Origin: a virus
Direction: 5' to 3' (one strand)
Length of the DNA: 64,000 nt
Virus record (IMG/VR): IMGVR_UViG_3300046373_000172
Location: 23,476-87,475 of that record
The position numbers and the translations under genes were made by a program. Below, piece after piece: positions 1 through 10,250 of the stretch (its first letter is position 1; each line of letters opens with the position of its first letter). The notes beneath the pieces were generated by a model. The model had not been told where the DNA came from and searched no databases. It was given only the letters and a program-made list of their open reading frames with translations.

Positions 1-49
1 TGACCAGCCAGACGCTGCAGGCGCTGGTCGACTACCTGGAGGCTTGTGC

Positions 50-262
50 ATGAAGCATTTCTCAGAACACAACCCCCGCTGGCGTTACCTGGAGACCGAG
101 CAGCCGCCGCTCAACACCAAGATTATGCTGTTGACCGTCGGCAATCAGCAGCTAGAGGGCGTGTGGAAGGGCAAGCCACTTGGCCAGAACAAGCACTACA
201 AGGCCTGGTCCGGGCTGCTGTCCCGCGACAAGCTGGTCGAAGCGACGTTGGGGTACCTCTGA
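50..262 (+). CDS. small phage hypothetical protein
   Basis: ATG at 50 after GGAGG; TGA overlaps the next ATG at 262. Confidence 0.65.
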   Translation: MKHFSEHNPRWRYLETEQPPLNTKIMLLTVGNQQLEGVWKGKPLGQNKHYKAWSGLLSRDKLVEATLGYL

Positions 263-657
263 TGGATCCGGCGGTCGCTCGCGTCATCCACCCGAACTGG
301 TTCCCGTCGCCCGACGCCTGGGTCTGGACTCGGCCGGCCGGCGGGCGGCAGGGCTTCGGCACCAACTGGCGCCAAGAAGGGCAGGTCGGCTTGTCCAACC
401 TGCTATGGCTGGTGCTCGATCGCCAGACGCCGCCGGCGCTGTTCGAGGCGGCGTCGCATCCGGTCTACCCGCTGGTGCTGGCCCACTGTCGCGGCGCACT
501 GGAGGTGGTCACCAACCTGGCCGAGATCGGCACCCTGGAAGAGTTCCACAGGCTCCTGTCAGGCCTGATGCGCAACCATGCCAAGGTACCGGGCGTCGAC
601 CTTGGCCCCCTGCTGCGGAAACTGGCAGAGAAGAGGATCCGACATGCGAACGCTTGA
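262..657 (+). CDS. hypothetical protein
   Basis: MDPAVARVIHP start coupled to upstream stop (TGATG); overlaps helicase start. Confidence 0.65.
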   Translation: MDPAVARVIHPNWFPSPDAWVWTRPAGGRQGFGTNWRQEGQVGLSNLLWLVLDRQTPPALFEAASHPVYPLVLAHCRGALEVVTNLAEIGTLEEFHRLLSGLMRNHAKVPGVDLGPLLRKLAEKRIRHANA

Positions 658-2074
658 AGCGGTCCTTCGGGATCATGGATTACCCTTCCCGGACGTCGGC
701 GGCGTGCCGGCTAAGTTAGAAGACCTGCAGATCGAGGACATCAACCGCCTTGCCACGATGGGCCGCGCGCTGGCCGATCTCCCGATTGGCTATGGCAAAA
801 CGGTTATTTCGACTTATTCCGCCCTGATGCTGGAGCCGGACGTCACGCTGATTTTGATGCCACCGATCTTGAAAGCGCAGTGGCAAAAGTGGATCAATTC
901 CATCCCCGGCGCCGGCCAGGTTGTCGTCTACGACGGCACGCCTAGTGAGCGCCGAAAGCTTAACCTGCGCGGCGCCAAGTGGATCATCACCAGCTACGGT
1001 CTGATGCGCAACGATTTCGACTATCTGCTCGCCCAACTTGGGCCGCGCAACTTGCTGACAATAGTTGATGAGGCGCAATGTTGCAAAAATTACAAGAGTT
1101 CGCTGTTCGATTGCGTCAAGCAGATCTCGGAGGGCAAGCCGCTGTTCCTCTTGTCGGGCACCCCGGTGTCCTGGCCGGGCGACACGTACGCCTACATCAA
1201 GCTGAACAACCCGGGCGCCTATGCGAGGTACCGGCAGTTCGAGAACATTCACGTCGCCGAGCGAGACTTCTTCGAGAAGCCGACCGCCTGGCGCGAGTGG
1301 GAATTGATGCAAAGCAATTTCAATGCCAACCGGATCTATCGGTCTAAGGAAGAAGTGCACGCGGCTCTGCCCAAGGCGAACTTCATCCCGGTCTACTATG
1401 AGCTCGACAAGGAGCACATGGCGCTTTATACCAAGCTGATGCAGGAGCAGCTGCTGGAGCTCGATGACGGCACCAAGATCGACGCCACCACCGCGCAGAC
1501 GCTGTACCACCAGAGCCAGCAGATCATCAGCAACTGGGGCTATTTTTCTGGTAATCCGAAGAACGTCGGCAAGGTGTACGAGCTGATCGATGAGATCTGC
1601 GACCAGATCAACCTTGGGCAGCCGGACGCCTCGAAAGTCATTGCCTGGAGTCAGTACAAGCGCACTTCGGCCGCGTTGCAGGATCACATGGACGCCCGAC
1701 TGAAGAAGATCGGCTGTCGCTCGATGGCGGCCTACTCTGGCGCCGACTCGGTCAAGTCGGTGGCGGCGTTCATGGACGACCCCAGGACGGTCAGTCTGGT
1801 GGCCCAACCCGGTTCGGCTGGCGCCGGCCTGAATCCTCAAGCGCTGTGCTGGAACACAATCTTTGTGGAGCTTCCTACAAGGACGATCGCGTTCCTTCAA
1901 GCGGCCGGCCGTATCGACCGTAAAGGCCAGCGCTTCAACCCGAACATCTACCTCTTTATCGCTCGCGGCACCATCCAGGAGGCGCTGCTGGCCAACCTGA
2001 TGTCGAACGATGACGAGGTGATCCGCGCCACCGGTACAAAAAATTCCATCAGGAATCTAATTTTTCCGAAGTAA
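644..2074 (+). CDS. SNF2-family (SF2) DNA helicase
   Basis: motif I LPIGYGKT, motif II IVDEAQ, LSGTP, GAGLN, motif VI QAAGRIDRKGQ; AGGA upstream of ATG 644. Confidence 0.9.
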   Translation: MRTLEAVLRDHGLPFPDVGGVPAKLEDLQIEDINRLATMGRALADLPIGYGKTVISTYSALMLEPDVTLILMPPILKAQWQKWINSIPGAGQVVVYDGTPSERRKLNLRGAKWIITSYGLMRNDFDYLLAQLGPRNLLTIVDEAQCCKNYKSSLFDCVKQISEGKPLFLLSGTPVSWPGDTYAYIKLNNPGAYARYRQFENIHVAERDFFEKPTAWREWELMQSNFNANRIYRSKEEVHAALPKANFIPVYYELDKEHMALYTKLMQEQLLELDDGTKIDATTAQTLYHQSQQIISNWGYFSGNPKNVGKVYELIDEICDQINLGQPDASKVIAWSQYKRTSAALQDHMDARLKKIGCRSMAAYSGADSVKSVAAFMDDPRTVSLVAQPGSAGAGLNPQALCWNTIFVELPTRTIAFLQAAGRIDRKGQRFNPNIYLFIARGTIQEALLANLMSNDDEVIRATGTKNSIRNLIFPK

Positions 2075-2114
2075 AATAGTTGCCCGACCACCGATCCTTG
2101 AAAGACCTAGTGTT

Positions 2115-2621
2115 ATGAAAATAGAATCAACGGAGTTGACATCCGAGGAGCGCAATGAGTTTGACCGCCAGTGGTCTGCTCTGTATGGGAAGAAAATCGC
2201 AGCGTGGGACATCCTGGCCCGGCCGCTCACACACACCGTGCACCGGGCCAAGCGCATGCTGGTCTGGAGCCTTGGGCCTGACGGCACGCCAAGGGTGCTG
2301 CGCACCTACACCATGACCGACCTGCTGATCACGTTCGCCGGCGTGTCGATCACGCTGACCGACGCCGCCGGGGAGGTGGTGACCATTACTCACCGCCCGA
2401 CACAGATCCCCGGCCACCTGATCTACGCCTGGCTGCCGGCCTTCCTGGACGTGCGCTACGCCCCACGCAGCTATTCCGATTCTGACCCCAGCTTCCGACG
2501 CACCACCTGCCGGCTGCGCTCCCGCGCCGCCGGTGACGTCCGCATCAAGCCGGTGCCGGGCGTCTCCTACTTCTCGGATGTCCGCGAGTTCCAGAAAATC
2601 TGCCCAGACTACCAGGGGTAA
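2115..2621 (+). CDS. hypothetical protein
   Basis: 168-aa ORF filling the gap between helicase and primase. Confidence 0.65.
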   Translation: MKIESTELTSEERNEFDRQWSALYGKKIAAWDILARPLTHTVHRAKRMLVWSLGPDGTPRVLRTYTMTDLLITFAGVSITLTDAAGEVVTITHRPTQIPGHLIYAWLPAFLDVRYAPRSYSDSDPSFRRTTCRLRSRAAGDVRIKPVPGVSYFSDVREFQKICPDYQG

Positions 2622-2626
2622 GCGCC

Positions 2627-5600
2627 ATGCCTAATTTCTACTACTACCAGAAGCAGGGTGGCGAGAACGTCTGGCTGCCGTCGCCGGTGGCGGATCGTGT
2701 GCGGCTCGAAGACGAGGATCGGCCGGAGTTCATCTCCGTGCTGGCCGTGTCGCGCATCATCGACGACGAGATCACCTACGAAGACAAGCTCAAGCTGACC
2801 TATGCCGGCCCGCTGTACTTCGACTGGGACTCGTCCGACGAGCAGCTGGTGATCGAGAAGGTGAACCAGTTCCTGGACCACCTGGTCACGCTGCGGGTCA
2901 ACCTGGAGATGTGCAAGCTGTTCGCCACGGGCGGGCGGGGTTACCACTTGGAGATCCCGCAGTCGATGCTGATGGACAAGATCCCGCCCAAGGGTGTGCT
3001 GGGCCTGCCTTACATCTACCGTGAGATGGCCTACGAGATGGCGGTCGACACCTTGGACTTGCGTATCTACTCGGGGCTGAAGGGCCGCATGTGGCGCGTG
3101 GCGAATGTGCGCCGGGACAACGGCCGCTACAAGGTGCCTATCCGTGTTTCGGAGATGCGCGCCATGACGCCGGAGATGTGCCGCGAACTGACCTCTTCGC
3201 CACGCCGGGTGGTCGAAGTGGTCAACGCCGCCTACTCGCCCGAGCTGGCCATGATCTACGAGACGGGCAAGCAGAAGGTCGAAGACATCACGCTCAAGCG
3301 CAAGCGCTTCAAGCCTGACCCGGAAGCGGCCAAGCGGGCGCACTCCGAGTCGATCCAGGCGGCGATGGCCGGCTTTGGCCTGAAGGATGGCGCCGGCTTC
3401 CACCCGATCGGCATGCAACTTGCCCAAGCCGCCTGCACGGCGGGCCTGTCGATGGAGCAGTTCATCACCGAGTGCGCCGGCTTGATCGCCAACCACCGCG
3501 GCGACGGCGAGCGTTACAGCACACCGAAGAAGCGCGAGGACGAACTGCGCCGGATGCACCGCTACATGGACGGCAACGCCTGCTACGAGTTCTCGATCGG
3601 CGCCATCAAGTCGCTGCTGGCCCACCCGGCGCCCGACCTGGACGGCGTGCCGATCTCGGCGGAGGAGCTGAAAGAGGTGATCGCTGCGGCGGACACCTCG
3701 GCCGGAGAGGAAGACGAGTATGGCGACGTGGCGCGCGGCATCACGCTGTCCAAGTACGGCGTGTACAAGTGGGTCGAGGGGATCAGCAAGCGGGTCTGCG
3801 CGGTGTCGTTCGACACCTCGGACCTGCTGCTGTCGTCGGAGAGTTCGACCATCATCGGCTACTCGTCGACCGTGCTGGTCAACGGGCGTTCGGTCGGGCG
3901 CCAGGTGTTGGAGACCGAGATCTTCAGCGCGCTCAATCCGTTCAACCGGTTCGCACAAAAATATGGCCACACCTTCGTGGGCAATGACCAAGACGTGCGC
4001 GTGGCGATGATGCGCTTCGTCGAGGCGGCAAAGAAAAGAGGCAGTCAAATGTACGTGGTAAAACGAGAAGGCCTGGACGTGCTCAGCGTGCCGGATCACC
4101 CGGACGAATTCTTCCGCTCCCCCTTCGTGGTGTGGGCCGAGGCGTCCGAAGTGTGGACGTCGGAAGAACTGGCCGAGCGCGGTATGAAGATGAAGTTCCT
4201 GGGGCACCCCGACCAGCGCGGCGTGATGCGCACCGACCTGTCCCTGGCGCCGTCGCTGCCGTCCTGGCTCAAGGAACCTGGCAACAAGGAGCTGATGCGC
4301 CTGACGCTCGAGAACCTGATGTCGTGCCAGAAGGCGGACTTGATGGGCAAGCTGATCGGCTGGTACGTGTCCTGCTTCTGGAAGCAGATCTTCAACCACA
4401 CCTATTCCAAGTTCCCGCTGCTGCACGTGAACGGCGCAGCGGGGGTGGGGAAATGCTTGGGCAGGGGCACCCCGGTGTTGCTGGCCTGCGGCCAAACCTG
4501 CAACGTCGAAGACATTCGGACTGGGGACCTGCTTATGGCGCCCGACGGAGGTGTGCGCACGGTACTGTCTACGACCCAGGGCTTTGACCGCATGTTCCGC
4601 GTCTCCCAGTGGTTTGAAGGCAAGCCGCTGGAAACCTACACCGTGAATGCTGCGCACATCTTGAGCCTGCGGCATTACCGCACTGGTGAGGTGTTGAACA
4701 CCAACGTCGAAGATTTCCTCGACATTGACGGGCCAGAGGACAATATCTACCTGGGGTGGCAGGTCCCTGGGATTTTGGAGAAGGACTTGACCCCTCGGCT
4801 GGTCGAGATCGAGATTGAAGAGATGCCGGCAGACGATTACTACGGCTTCACGATCGACGGCGATCACCTGTTCCTGTTGGGCGACTTCACGGTCACCCAC
4901 AACACGGAGACGAACGAACTACTTGGCTCCTTCTTCTTCTACAAGCAGGAGGTGCACACGATGTCGCCGTCGTCGACCATCTTCGCCTTAAACCAGCACT
5001 TGGCTGCGTCGGCGTCGATTCCCCTGATCGTCGACGAATACAAGCCGGCGGAGATGAAGGCCGAGCTGCACAACCGGATGAAGCAGATGTTCCGGGACGC
5101 CTACAACCAGCGCCAGATTTCACGCGGCGGCGGTACCCGGGAGTCGGACGACTTCCGCACGCTGCAGCAAGTCGAGATGGCCGCGCCGCTGGTGTTTATC
5201 GCGGAAGCGGCCGAGGACGAGGCGGCGGTGATGGAGCGCGTCGTCTTGGCCACCTTCACCCGTCCGCCGGCGATCATCGGGCTGAAGAACCTGGCCAAGT
5301 TCCAGCAGGTGCGCCAGCACCGCCACTTGCTTGGCATCCTTGGGCAGCACATGGCCGCCAAGATCGTGCGCACCTTGACCTTCGACGGTTTCCGCGCAGA
5401 GTTCGACGCCCTGTATGAGGTGGCGCAGAATACCTACATGCTGACCGAGAAGGACTTGACCAACACCACGCTGACGGACACGGAGCGCATGAACAAGCAG
5501 AACGCCAAGGAGCGCTCGGTGTTCAACCACACGGTGGCCAAGTACGGCTTCCAGCAGTTCCGCGCGCTGGTCAATGAGATCGTCGACGACGAAAGCCTGG

Positions 5601-6016
5601 ACCCGTTGATGGCGACGCTGGAAGACGGCATCTACTCCCGCCTGTCGGACCTGAACGCAGCCACCACGCCGGAGCACATCAAGGTGCTGGCCGAACTGGC
5701 GCAGATGAGCCACCACGTGCACAACGACCACGCCGACGCGATCAACTTAGGTACCGAATACGCCTTCGTGCAGCACGGTGTCCAGGAGTGCATCGAGATC
5801 GCTGTGCGCCCGGCATATGCCAAGTACCGCTCGTACTGCCGCAGCATCGGCAGCCCGGCGCTGTTCACGTCGCCGCAGGCCTTCATGCTGTCGCTGAAGG
5901 ACTCGCCGGCCTTCGTCAAAGAGGGTACCGGCCAGACCCTGCTGGTGCCCAAGGTGTTCACGCTGAACAACGAGGAACTGGCGAAATACGGCGTGGATCC
6001 GTTCAAGAATCGCTAG
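2627..6016 (+). CDS. primase/P-loop helicase fusion containing an intein
   Basis: AEP-like motifs LYFDWD and TGGRGYHL; Walker A GAAGVGK(T) split by intein; Walker B LIVDEYK. Confidence 0.85.
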   Translation: MPNFYYYQKQGGENVWLPSPVADRVRLEDEDRPEFISVLAVSRIIDDEITYEDKLKLTYAGPLYFDWDSSDEQLVIEKVNQFLDHLVTLRVNLEMCKLFATGGRGYHLEIPQSMLMDKIPPKGVLGLPYIYREMAYEMAVDTLDLRIYSGLKGRMWRVANVRRDNGRYKVPIRVSEMRAMTPEMCRELTSSPRRVVEVVNAAYSPELAMIYETGKQKVEDITLKRKRFKPDPEAAKRAHSESIQAAMAGFGLKDGAGFHPIGMQLAQAACTAGLSMEQFITECAGLIANHRGDGERYSTPKKREDELRRMHRYMDGNACYEFSIGAIKSLLAHPAPDLDGVPISAEELKEVIAAADTSAGEEDEYGDVARGITLSKYGVYKWVEGISKRVCAVSFDTSDLLLSSESSTIIGYSSTVLVNGRSVGRQVLETEIFSALNPFNRFAQKYGHTFVGNDQDVRVAMMRFVEAAKKRGSQMYVVKREGLDVLSVPDHPDEFFRSPFVVWAEASEVWTSEELAERGMKMKFLGHPDQRGVMRTDLSLAPSLPSWLKEPGNKELMRLTLENLMSCQKADLMGKLIGWYVSCFWKQIFNHTYSKFPLLHVNGAAGVGKCLGRGTPVLLACGQTCNVEDIRTGDLLMAPDGGVRTVLSTTQGFDRMFRVSQWFEGKPLETYTVNAAHILSLRHYRTGEVLNTNVEDFLDIDGPEDNIYLGWQVPGILEKDLTPRLVEIEIEEMPADDYYGFTIDGDHLFLLGDFTVTHNTETNELLGSFFFYKQEVHTMSPSSTIFALNQHLAASASIPLIVDEYKPAEMKAELHNRMKQMFRDAYNQRQISRGGGTRESDDFRTLQQVEMAAPLVFIAEAAEDEAAVMERVVLATFTRPPAIIGLKNLAKFQQVRQHRHLLGILGQHMAAKIVRTLTFDGFRAEFDALYEVAQNTYMLTEKDLTNTTLTDTERMNKQNAKERSVFNHTVAKYGFQQFRALVNEIVDDESLDPLMATLEDGIYSRLSDLNAATTPEHIKVLAELAQMSHHVHNDHADAINLGTEYAFVQHGVQECIEIAVRPAYAKYRSYCRSIGSPALFTSPQAFMLSLKDSPAFVKEGTGQTLLVPKVFTLNNEELAKYGVDPFKNR
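4454..4903 (+). mobile_element. 150-aa mini-intein in helicase Walker A
   Basis: starts CLGRGTPVLL, block B VNAAHIL, ends HLFLLGDFTVTHN followed by Thr; too short for a homing endonuclease. Confidence 0.92.
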
Positions 6017-6110
6017 ACAGCCGTGCAGAAGTTTGATATCGTAGAATTTCCTCTGGTAAAGAGGTGCTACCCGGAAAGACCGGTCAACATTAACGTTAAA
6101 GGAAACACAA

Positions 6111-6914
6111 ATGGCACTCGTAAACAAAGCACCTGAATTCGACGCTGGCGACGACATGGAAGAAGCAGTCGGTACCGACACAGCTACCCAGACTGTTTCT
6201 GCGGCAGATCGCGTTGCCGCAGCCGCTGCAAAACAGGCAGCTGCTGTTGCAGCTGCGGCCACCACGGCCCCTGCTGTGGTCAAGCCTTCGGCGCTGGCGG
6301 TGGCCAAGCCGGTCATGACGAATCCTCTGGAAGGCCTGAAAGATCTGATCCCGGTCACTTACGGCTCGCTCAAGTCGATCATGGTCACCAGTGGCAACGT
6401 GGTGCTGAAGGACGGCATGGAGACGCTGGGCACCCACGTCGGCCTGGAAATCCTGTCCTACCAAGACCAGTGGGTCTGCTCGCCAGGCGGCGACAGCAAC
6501 GATGAAAAGTCGCTGCCGTACCTGAAATTCTCGGACGATGGCAAAACCGAACGCGAGTCCGGCGAGCCTCTGGCCGACTTTGTGCAGCTGGCCAAAAGCA
6601 ACGGCTACGAAAACGCCAAGATCGTGAAACGTCTGATCGTGGTCGGCGCGCTGGTCTACCCAGGCAAGGACAAGAAGGGCAACCTGATGTCCGAACTGGA
6701 AAACGAAGTCGTGATGATCGATCTGGCGCCCGGCTCGGTCGGCAACTTCATGGCCTACCAGGCCACGTCGATGTTCAAAACTTCGCGGGGTTTGATCACC
6801 CCGGAGCAGGCCCGTATCGTTCGCCTCGAAGCTGTGCCGAAGTCCAAGAAGTCGAAGAACTGGACCGACGCCGAGTTCAAGACGTACAACCCTGAGACGG
6901 ACTACGTCAAGTAA
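6111..6914 (+). CDS. abundant replication-associated protein, possibly ssDNA-binding
   Basis: AAGGAAA RBS, own terminator, high-expression codon style, position after primase; function inferred only. Confidence 0.6.
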   Translation: MALVNKAPEFDAGDDMEEAVGTDTATQTVSAADRVAAAAAKQAAAVAAAATTAPAVVKPSALAVAKPVMTNPLEGLKDLIPVTYGSLKSIMVTSGNVVLKDGMETLGTHVGLEILSYQDQWVCSPGGDSNDEKSLPYLKFSDDGKTERESGEPLADFVQLAKSNGYENAKIVKRLIVVGALVYPGKDKKGNLMSELENEVVMIDLAPGSVGNFMAYQATSMFKTSRGLITPEQARIVRLEAVPKSKKSKNWTDAEFKTYNPETDYVK

Positions 6915-6934
6915 GCCTCCAACGCTTCACCACC

Positions 6935-6959
6935 AAAGCGACCTTCGGGTCGCTTTTTT
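6935..6959 (+). terminator. intrinsic terminator
   Basis: AAAGCGACC-TTCG-GGTCGCTTTTTT. Confidence 0.9.
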
Positions 6960-6972
6960 ATAGCGAGAACGT

Positions 6973-7656
6973 ATGGACGAACAGATAAAACGCTACATCA
7001 TCGGCGACACCGAGACGACCGGCCTGCCGCCGAACAAGCATGCCTGCCAGGTAGGGCTGATCGAGATCGACCCGATCACGTTGGACGTGATGTGGGAGAT
7101 CGAGTCGCTGATTGACCCGCTGCATCCGATCGAGCCAGGCGCCCAAGCGATTCACGGCATCTCCGACGCCATGGTGCGCTGCGAGCCGACGATGGCGGAA
7201 TTCATCGACCGGGACTTGGCCGGCGGCTTGTCGGGCAGCATCACCATGATCTGTCATAACGTCAGCTTTGACCTGAGCCTGCTGCAGCCGATCGGCGGCA
7301 TCGACCGCACCATCTGCACGCTGGTCGAAGCACGCCAGTGCATCCGTGGCACCAAGAGCCACAAGCTGGCCGACTTGGCCGAGCACTTCGGCTTCGTGCC
7401 GGACGTGGCGCACAAGGCCTTGGCCGATTGCCACACCACGCGCCTGCTGCTGATCAAGCTGATGGAGATCACCGGCCAGACGCTGGACCAACTAGCCACG
7501 CCGAAGAAGCGCGTGGTGCACGTTCAGCCTTGGGGCATCCACAAGGACAAGCTGCTGGTCGACATCCCGTCCGGCTACCTGACCTGGCTGTTGACCCTGA
7601 AGGACTTGGAACCCAACCTGCGCGAGAGCGTGGAGAAAGCGCTGGCACTGAAATGA
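6973..7656 (+). CDS. DEDDh 3'-5' exonuclease (ExoX / Pol III epsilon-like)
   Basis: DTETTG, HNVSFD, HKALAD; C-terminal PWGIHK...IPSGYLTWLL domain as in ExoX. Confidence 0.9.
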   Translation: MDEQIKRYIIGDTETTGLPPNKHACQVGLIEIDPITLDVMWEIESLIDPLHPIEPGAQAIHGISDAMVRCEPTMAEFIDRDLAGGLSGSITMICHNVSFDLSLLQPIGGIDRTICTLVEARQCIRGTKSHKLADLAEHFGFVPDVAHKALADCHTTRLLLIKLMEITGQTLDQLATPKKRVVHVQPWGIHKDKLLVDIPSGYLTWLLTLKDLEPNLRESVEKALALK

Positions 7657-7922
7657 CCCCGATTAAAGATCTGCGCGACGTGATGCACGTTGCCAGCTAT
7701 GCAGTAGACACGGCTAAGCTGCTGGCGGCGTTCGGGATTTCTCCGGGCGCTGGCGTGACTCACCTGAACCTGAAAGTGGCGTCCGCTGATATGGTCGAGC
7801 TGACCGTGCGCCGCTACATCACGCAGCCAGAACTGGACGCGCTGATGGTCGCCCTGGAGCAAGAGCCCAGGCCTGTCCTGGTCGACACGCTCTCCGTAAA
7901 GCACACCTTCCCCTGCGTATAA
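7653..7922 (+). CDS. hypothetical protein
   Basis: ATGA overlap with exonuclease stop; MTPIKDLRD. Confidence 0.65.
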   Translation: MTPIKDLRDVMHVASYAVDTAKLLAAFGISPGAGVTHLNLKVASADMVELTVRRYITQPELDALMVALEQEPRPVLVDTLSVKHTFPCV

Positions 7923-7931
7923 GGAACTGCC

Positions 7932-8459
7932 ATGAACATCGGCAAAACCCAAATGATGCAGGACCTCCAACGCTACCTTGCAATCTTCCCGAAAGCACCT
8001 ATGACCTCCTTCGCCCAAAACATCACCACCTTCAACGCCATGTACAAGATGCCAATCGCCCCGGCGCCGCGCTTGATCTCCGCCAAGCGCCTGATCGACT
8101 TCAAGTCGATCCTGGGCAAGGAGCTGAACGAGATCGACGACATCCTGGCCAAGTGGGAAAGCAAGAGCCTGAGCCCTGAAGGCCAGCTCGAACTGCTGAC
8201 TGACATCGCCGACCTGTTGGGCGATCTGCAGGTCTACTGCGCCAGCGAGATGGCCAAGTGGGGCCTGCCGCTGGAAGCCACCTTGCAGATCATCATGGAG
8301 TCGAACTTCAGCAAGATGGGCGCCGACGGCTTGCCGATCTACGACGATCAGGACAAGCTGCAGAAAGGCCCTCACTACTGGAAGCCTGAACCACGTATCA
8401 GCGACATGCTGTCAGGCCGCATCGAAGCCCATCGGCTGCTGATGAAAGCGCCGCTGTAA
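7932..8459 (+). CDS. MazG/PRA-PH-like nucleotide pyrophosphohydrolase
   Basis: KELNE, DIADLLGD, SNFSK.GADG.PIY..DK..KGP.YWKP pattern. Confidence 0.8.
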   Translation: MNIGKTQMMQDLQRYLAIFPKAPMTSFAQNITTFNAMYKMPIAPAPRLISAKRLIDFKSILGKELNEIDDILAKWESKSLSPEGQLELLTDIADLLGDLQVYCASEMAKWGLPLEATLQIIMESNFSKMGADGLPIYDDQDKLQKGPHYWKPEPRISDMLSGRIEAHRLLMKAPL

Positions 8460-8461
8460 CC

Positions 8462-9499
8462 ATGGCCATCGCACAATCCCAAGTGCGCTCGCTGGCCCGG
8501 GCGATCGCCAACGGCATCGCCTTGGCCGACCTCGACTCCGAAGAGGTGGCGCCGGGCCGCATCGTGCACACCGACTTGCCGTGGACTGTCCCCGGCTTGC
8601 AGGTGGGCGCGCAGCTGGCCGGCGCCGAGGTGCAGGACTTCCTGGACGCCCCCTTGAGCGTGGACCCGGTCAAGCTGGCCGCCTTCTGGCACAAGACGCT
8701 GTACGACTTGTGGCACACGCCGGGCACCCAGCTGCGCAAGGGCTATATCCTCAACACCTGCCAGTTCCGGCTGTGGCGCCAAGGCCAGCGCATGCTGCGC
8801 TTTGCCATGCCGCCCGGCTCGGACGACATGCAGCTGGAACTGACGACCGGCTTGCAGCTGTCGATGGAAGTGGCCCACACCGCCTACATCTCGCTGCCGG
8901 TGCGTCACTTCGTACGCACCGACGACGACTACTTCGTCGAACTGGCCAACGGCCAGGAGTTCGGCGTGCGCGCCGGCCGGCCGATCATCGAGTCGCCCTG
9001 GCAGTACGACGGGCGCGGCCAGATGTACGACTTGGCGGAGATGCCACGCGGCCCGACCAGCTACGCCTGCCAGCACGATCAGATTGCCCATGTGCGCTCG
9101 CTGATTTACGTGCACAAGGAGCGCTTCAAGGCCAACTTCGAAGGCCTCGACGTCGCGCTGCAGGCCATGCGCTTCCTCACCAACAACACGCCCTGCCCGG
9201 ACTTGCTGCCGCAGGTGCGCCGGGCGCCCGTGACCACGCAGCTGGACAAGGAGCGTGAGCGGATCCTGTGGGACGCGATCAGCGTCATGGAATCGAGCAT
9301 GGCGGACCGGGCCAAGCTGATCGCGCTGGAGTCCTTGCTGGTGCCGACGGTGATGTCGCTGTCCAAGTTCCGGCGGGCGATCTTCTCGTCGCCGCGCTAC
9401 CCCTTCACGATGACGATACAAAAACACGATGCCGTGCTGAACACGGTGCGCCAACTTTACGAGACGGAGGTCCCATGCAGTCTAAAACGCAATCAATGA
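8462..9499 (+). CDS. hypothetical protein (345 aa)
   Basis: long ORF with genome-typical codon usage; no motif recognised. Confidence 0.75.
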   Translation: MAIAQSQVRSLARAIANGIALADLDSEEVAPGRIVHTDLPWTVPGLQVGAQLAGAEVQDFLDAPLSVDPVKLAAFWHKTLYDLWHTPGTQLRKGYILNTCQFRLWRQGQRMLRFAMPPGSDDMQLELTTGLQLSMEVAHTAYISLPVRHFVRTDDDYFVELANGQEFGVRAGRPIIESPWQYDGRGQMYDLAEMPRGPTSYACQHDQIAHVRSLIYVHKERFKANFEGLDVALQAMRFLTNNTPCPDLLPQVRRAPVTTQLDKERERILWDAISVMESSMADRAKLIALESLLVPTVMSLSKFRRAIFSSPRYPFTMTIQKHDAVLNTVRQLYETEVPCSLKRNQ

Positions 9500-9696
9500 C
9501 CGAGGTGGTCGTGTCGACCGGGGTGGCGTTCTTGATTTCGGCGGTGCTGCAGCAGTTCGTCGTGGCGTCTCTGTTCCACCTCAACACCTCGCCGGCGGCG
9601 AACCTTGGGCTGACCTGCTTCTTCACGGTCGTCTCGCTGGTGCGGTCGTACCTCTTCCGCAGATTCTTCAACTGGCTTCACAGGAGCAATGCATGA
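9475..9696 (+). CDS. small two-TM membrane protein
   Basis: GGAGG RBS; MQSKTQSMTEVVV...SLVRSYLFRRFFN; two hydrophobic segments. Confidence 0.75.
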   Translation: MQSKTQSMTEVVVSTGVAFLISAVLQQFVVASLFHLNTSPAANLGLTCFFTVVSLVRSYLFRRFFNWLHRSNA

Positions 9697-10250
9697 ACCC
9701 TAAATCCATTCTGATCGGCCTGGCCGGGCCGGCCGGCGCCGGCAAGGACACCGTCGCCGATTACCTGGTCGAGAAGCACAGCTTCCAGAAGCTGTCCTTC
9801 GCCGGCCCGCTCAAGGCGATGCTGGCCGCCGGCGGCATGCCGGAGCCGCAGGACCGCGCGCTGAAGGAGTTAGCCATTCCAGGCTTCGACTTCAGCTGGC
9901 GCCAAGCCGCCCAGTCACTTGGGACGGAGTGGGGCCGCGAGCTAGACCCGGACCTGTGGATCAAGCTGGTAGAGAAGCGCATCGCGTCGATCGACAACGT
10001 GCTGTCCTCCCGCGGCTCCCGCATCGTGCTGTCGGATGTGCGGTTTGTGAACGAGGCGGAAATGATTAACCGTATGGGCGGCTCGGTGGTGCACATCCTG
10101 GGTCGCCAAGCAGACTTAGGGCTGGCCGCGTCTCATGTCAGCGAGGCCAAGCTGATGATCGAGGATCAGGATCTGATCATCGACAACCGCGGCGACATCG
10201 AGCAGCTGCACGCCGAGATCGAAGAAGTCATGTACGCGGTGGGCAATTGA
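9693..10250 (+). CDS. deoxynucleoside monophosphate kinase
   Basis: GPAGAGKDT P-loop, FAGPLK, LGTEWGR, DVRFVNE, HVSE. Confidence 0.9.
   Translation: MNPKSILIGLAGPAGAGKDTVADYLVEKHSFQKLSFAGPLKAMLAAGGMPEPQDRALKELAIPGFDFSWRQAAQSLGTEWGRELDPDLWIKLVEKRIASIDNVLSSRGSRIVLSDVRFVNEAEMINRMGGSVVHILGRQADLGLAASHVSEAKLMIEDQDLIIDNRGDIEQLHAEIEEVMYAVGN

Noticed and set aside
2609-4900. 763-aa minus-strand ORF, and similar long antisense ORFs at 12550, 19953, 32080 and 43272
   Set aside because: Each lies opposite a well-supported gene and shows typical shadow-frame composition.
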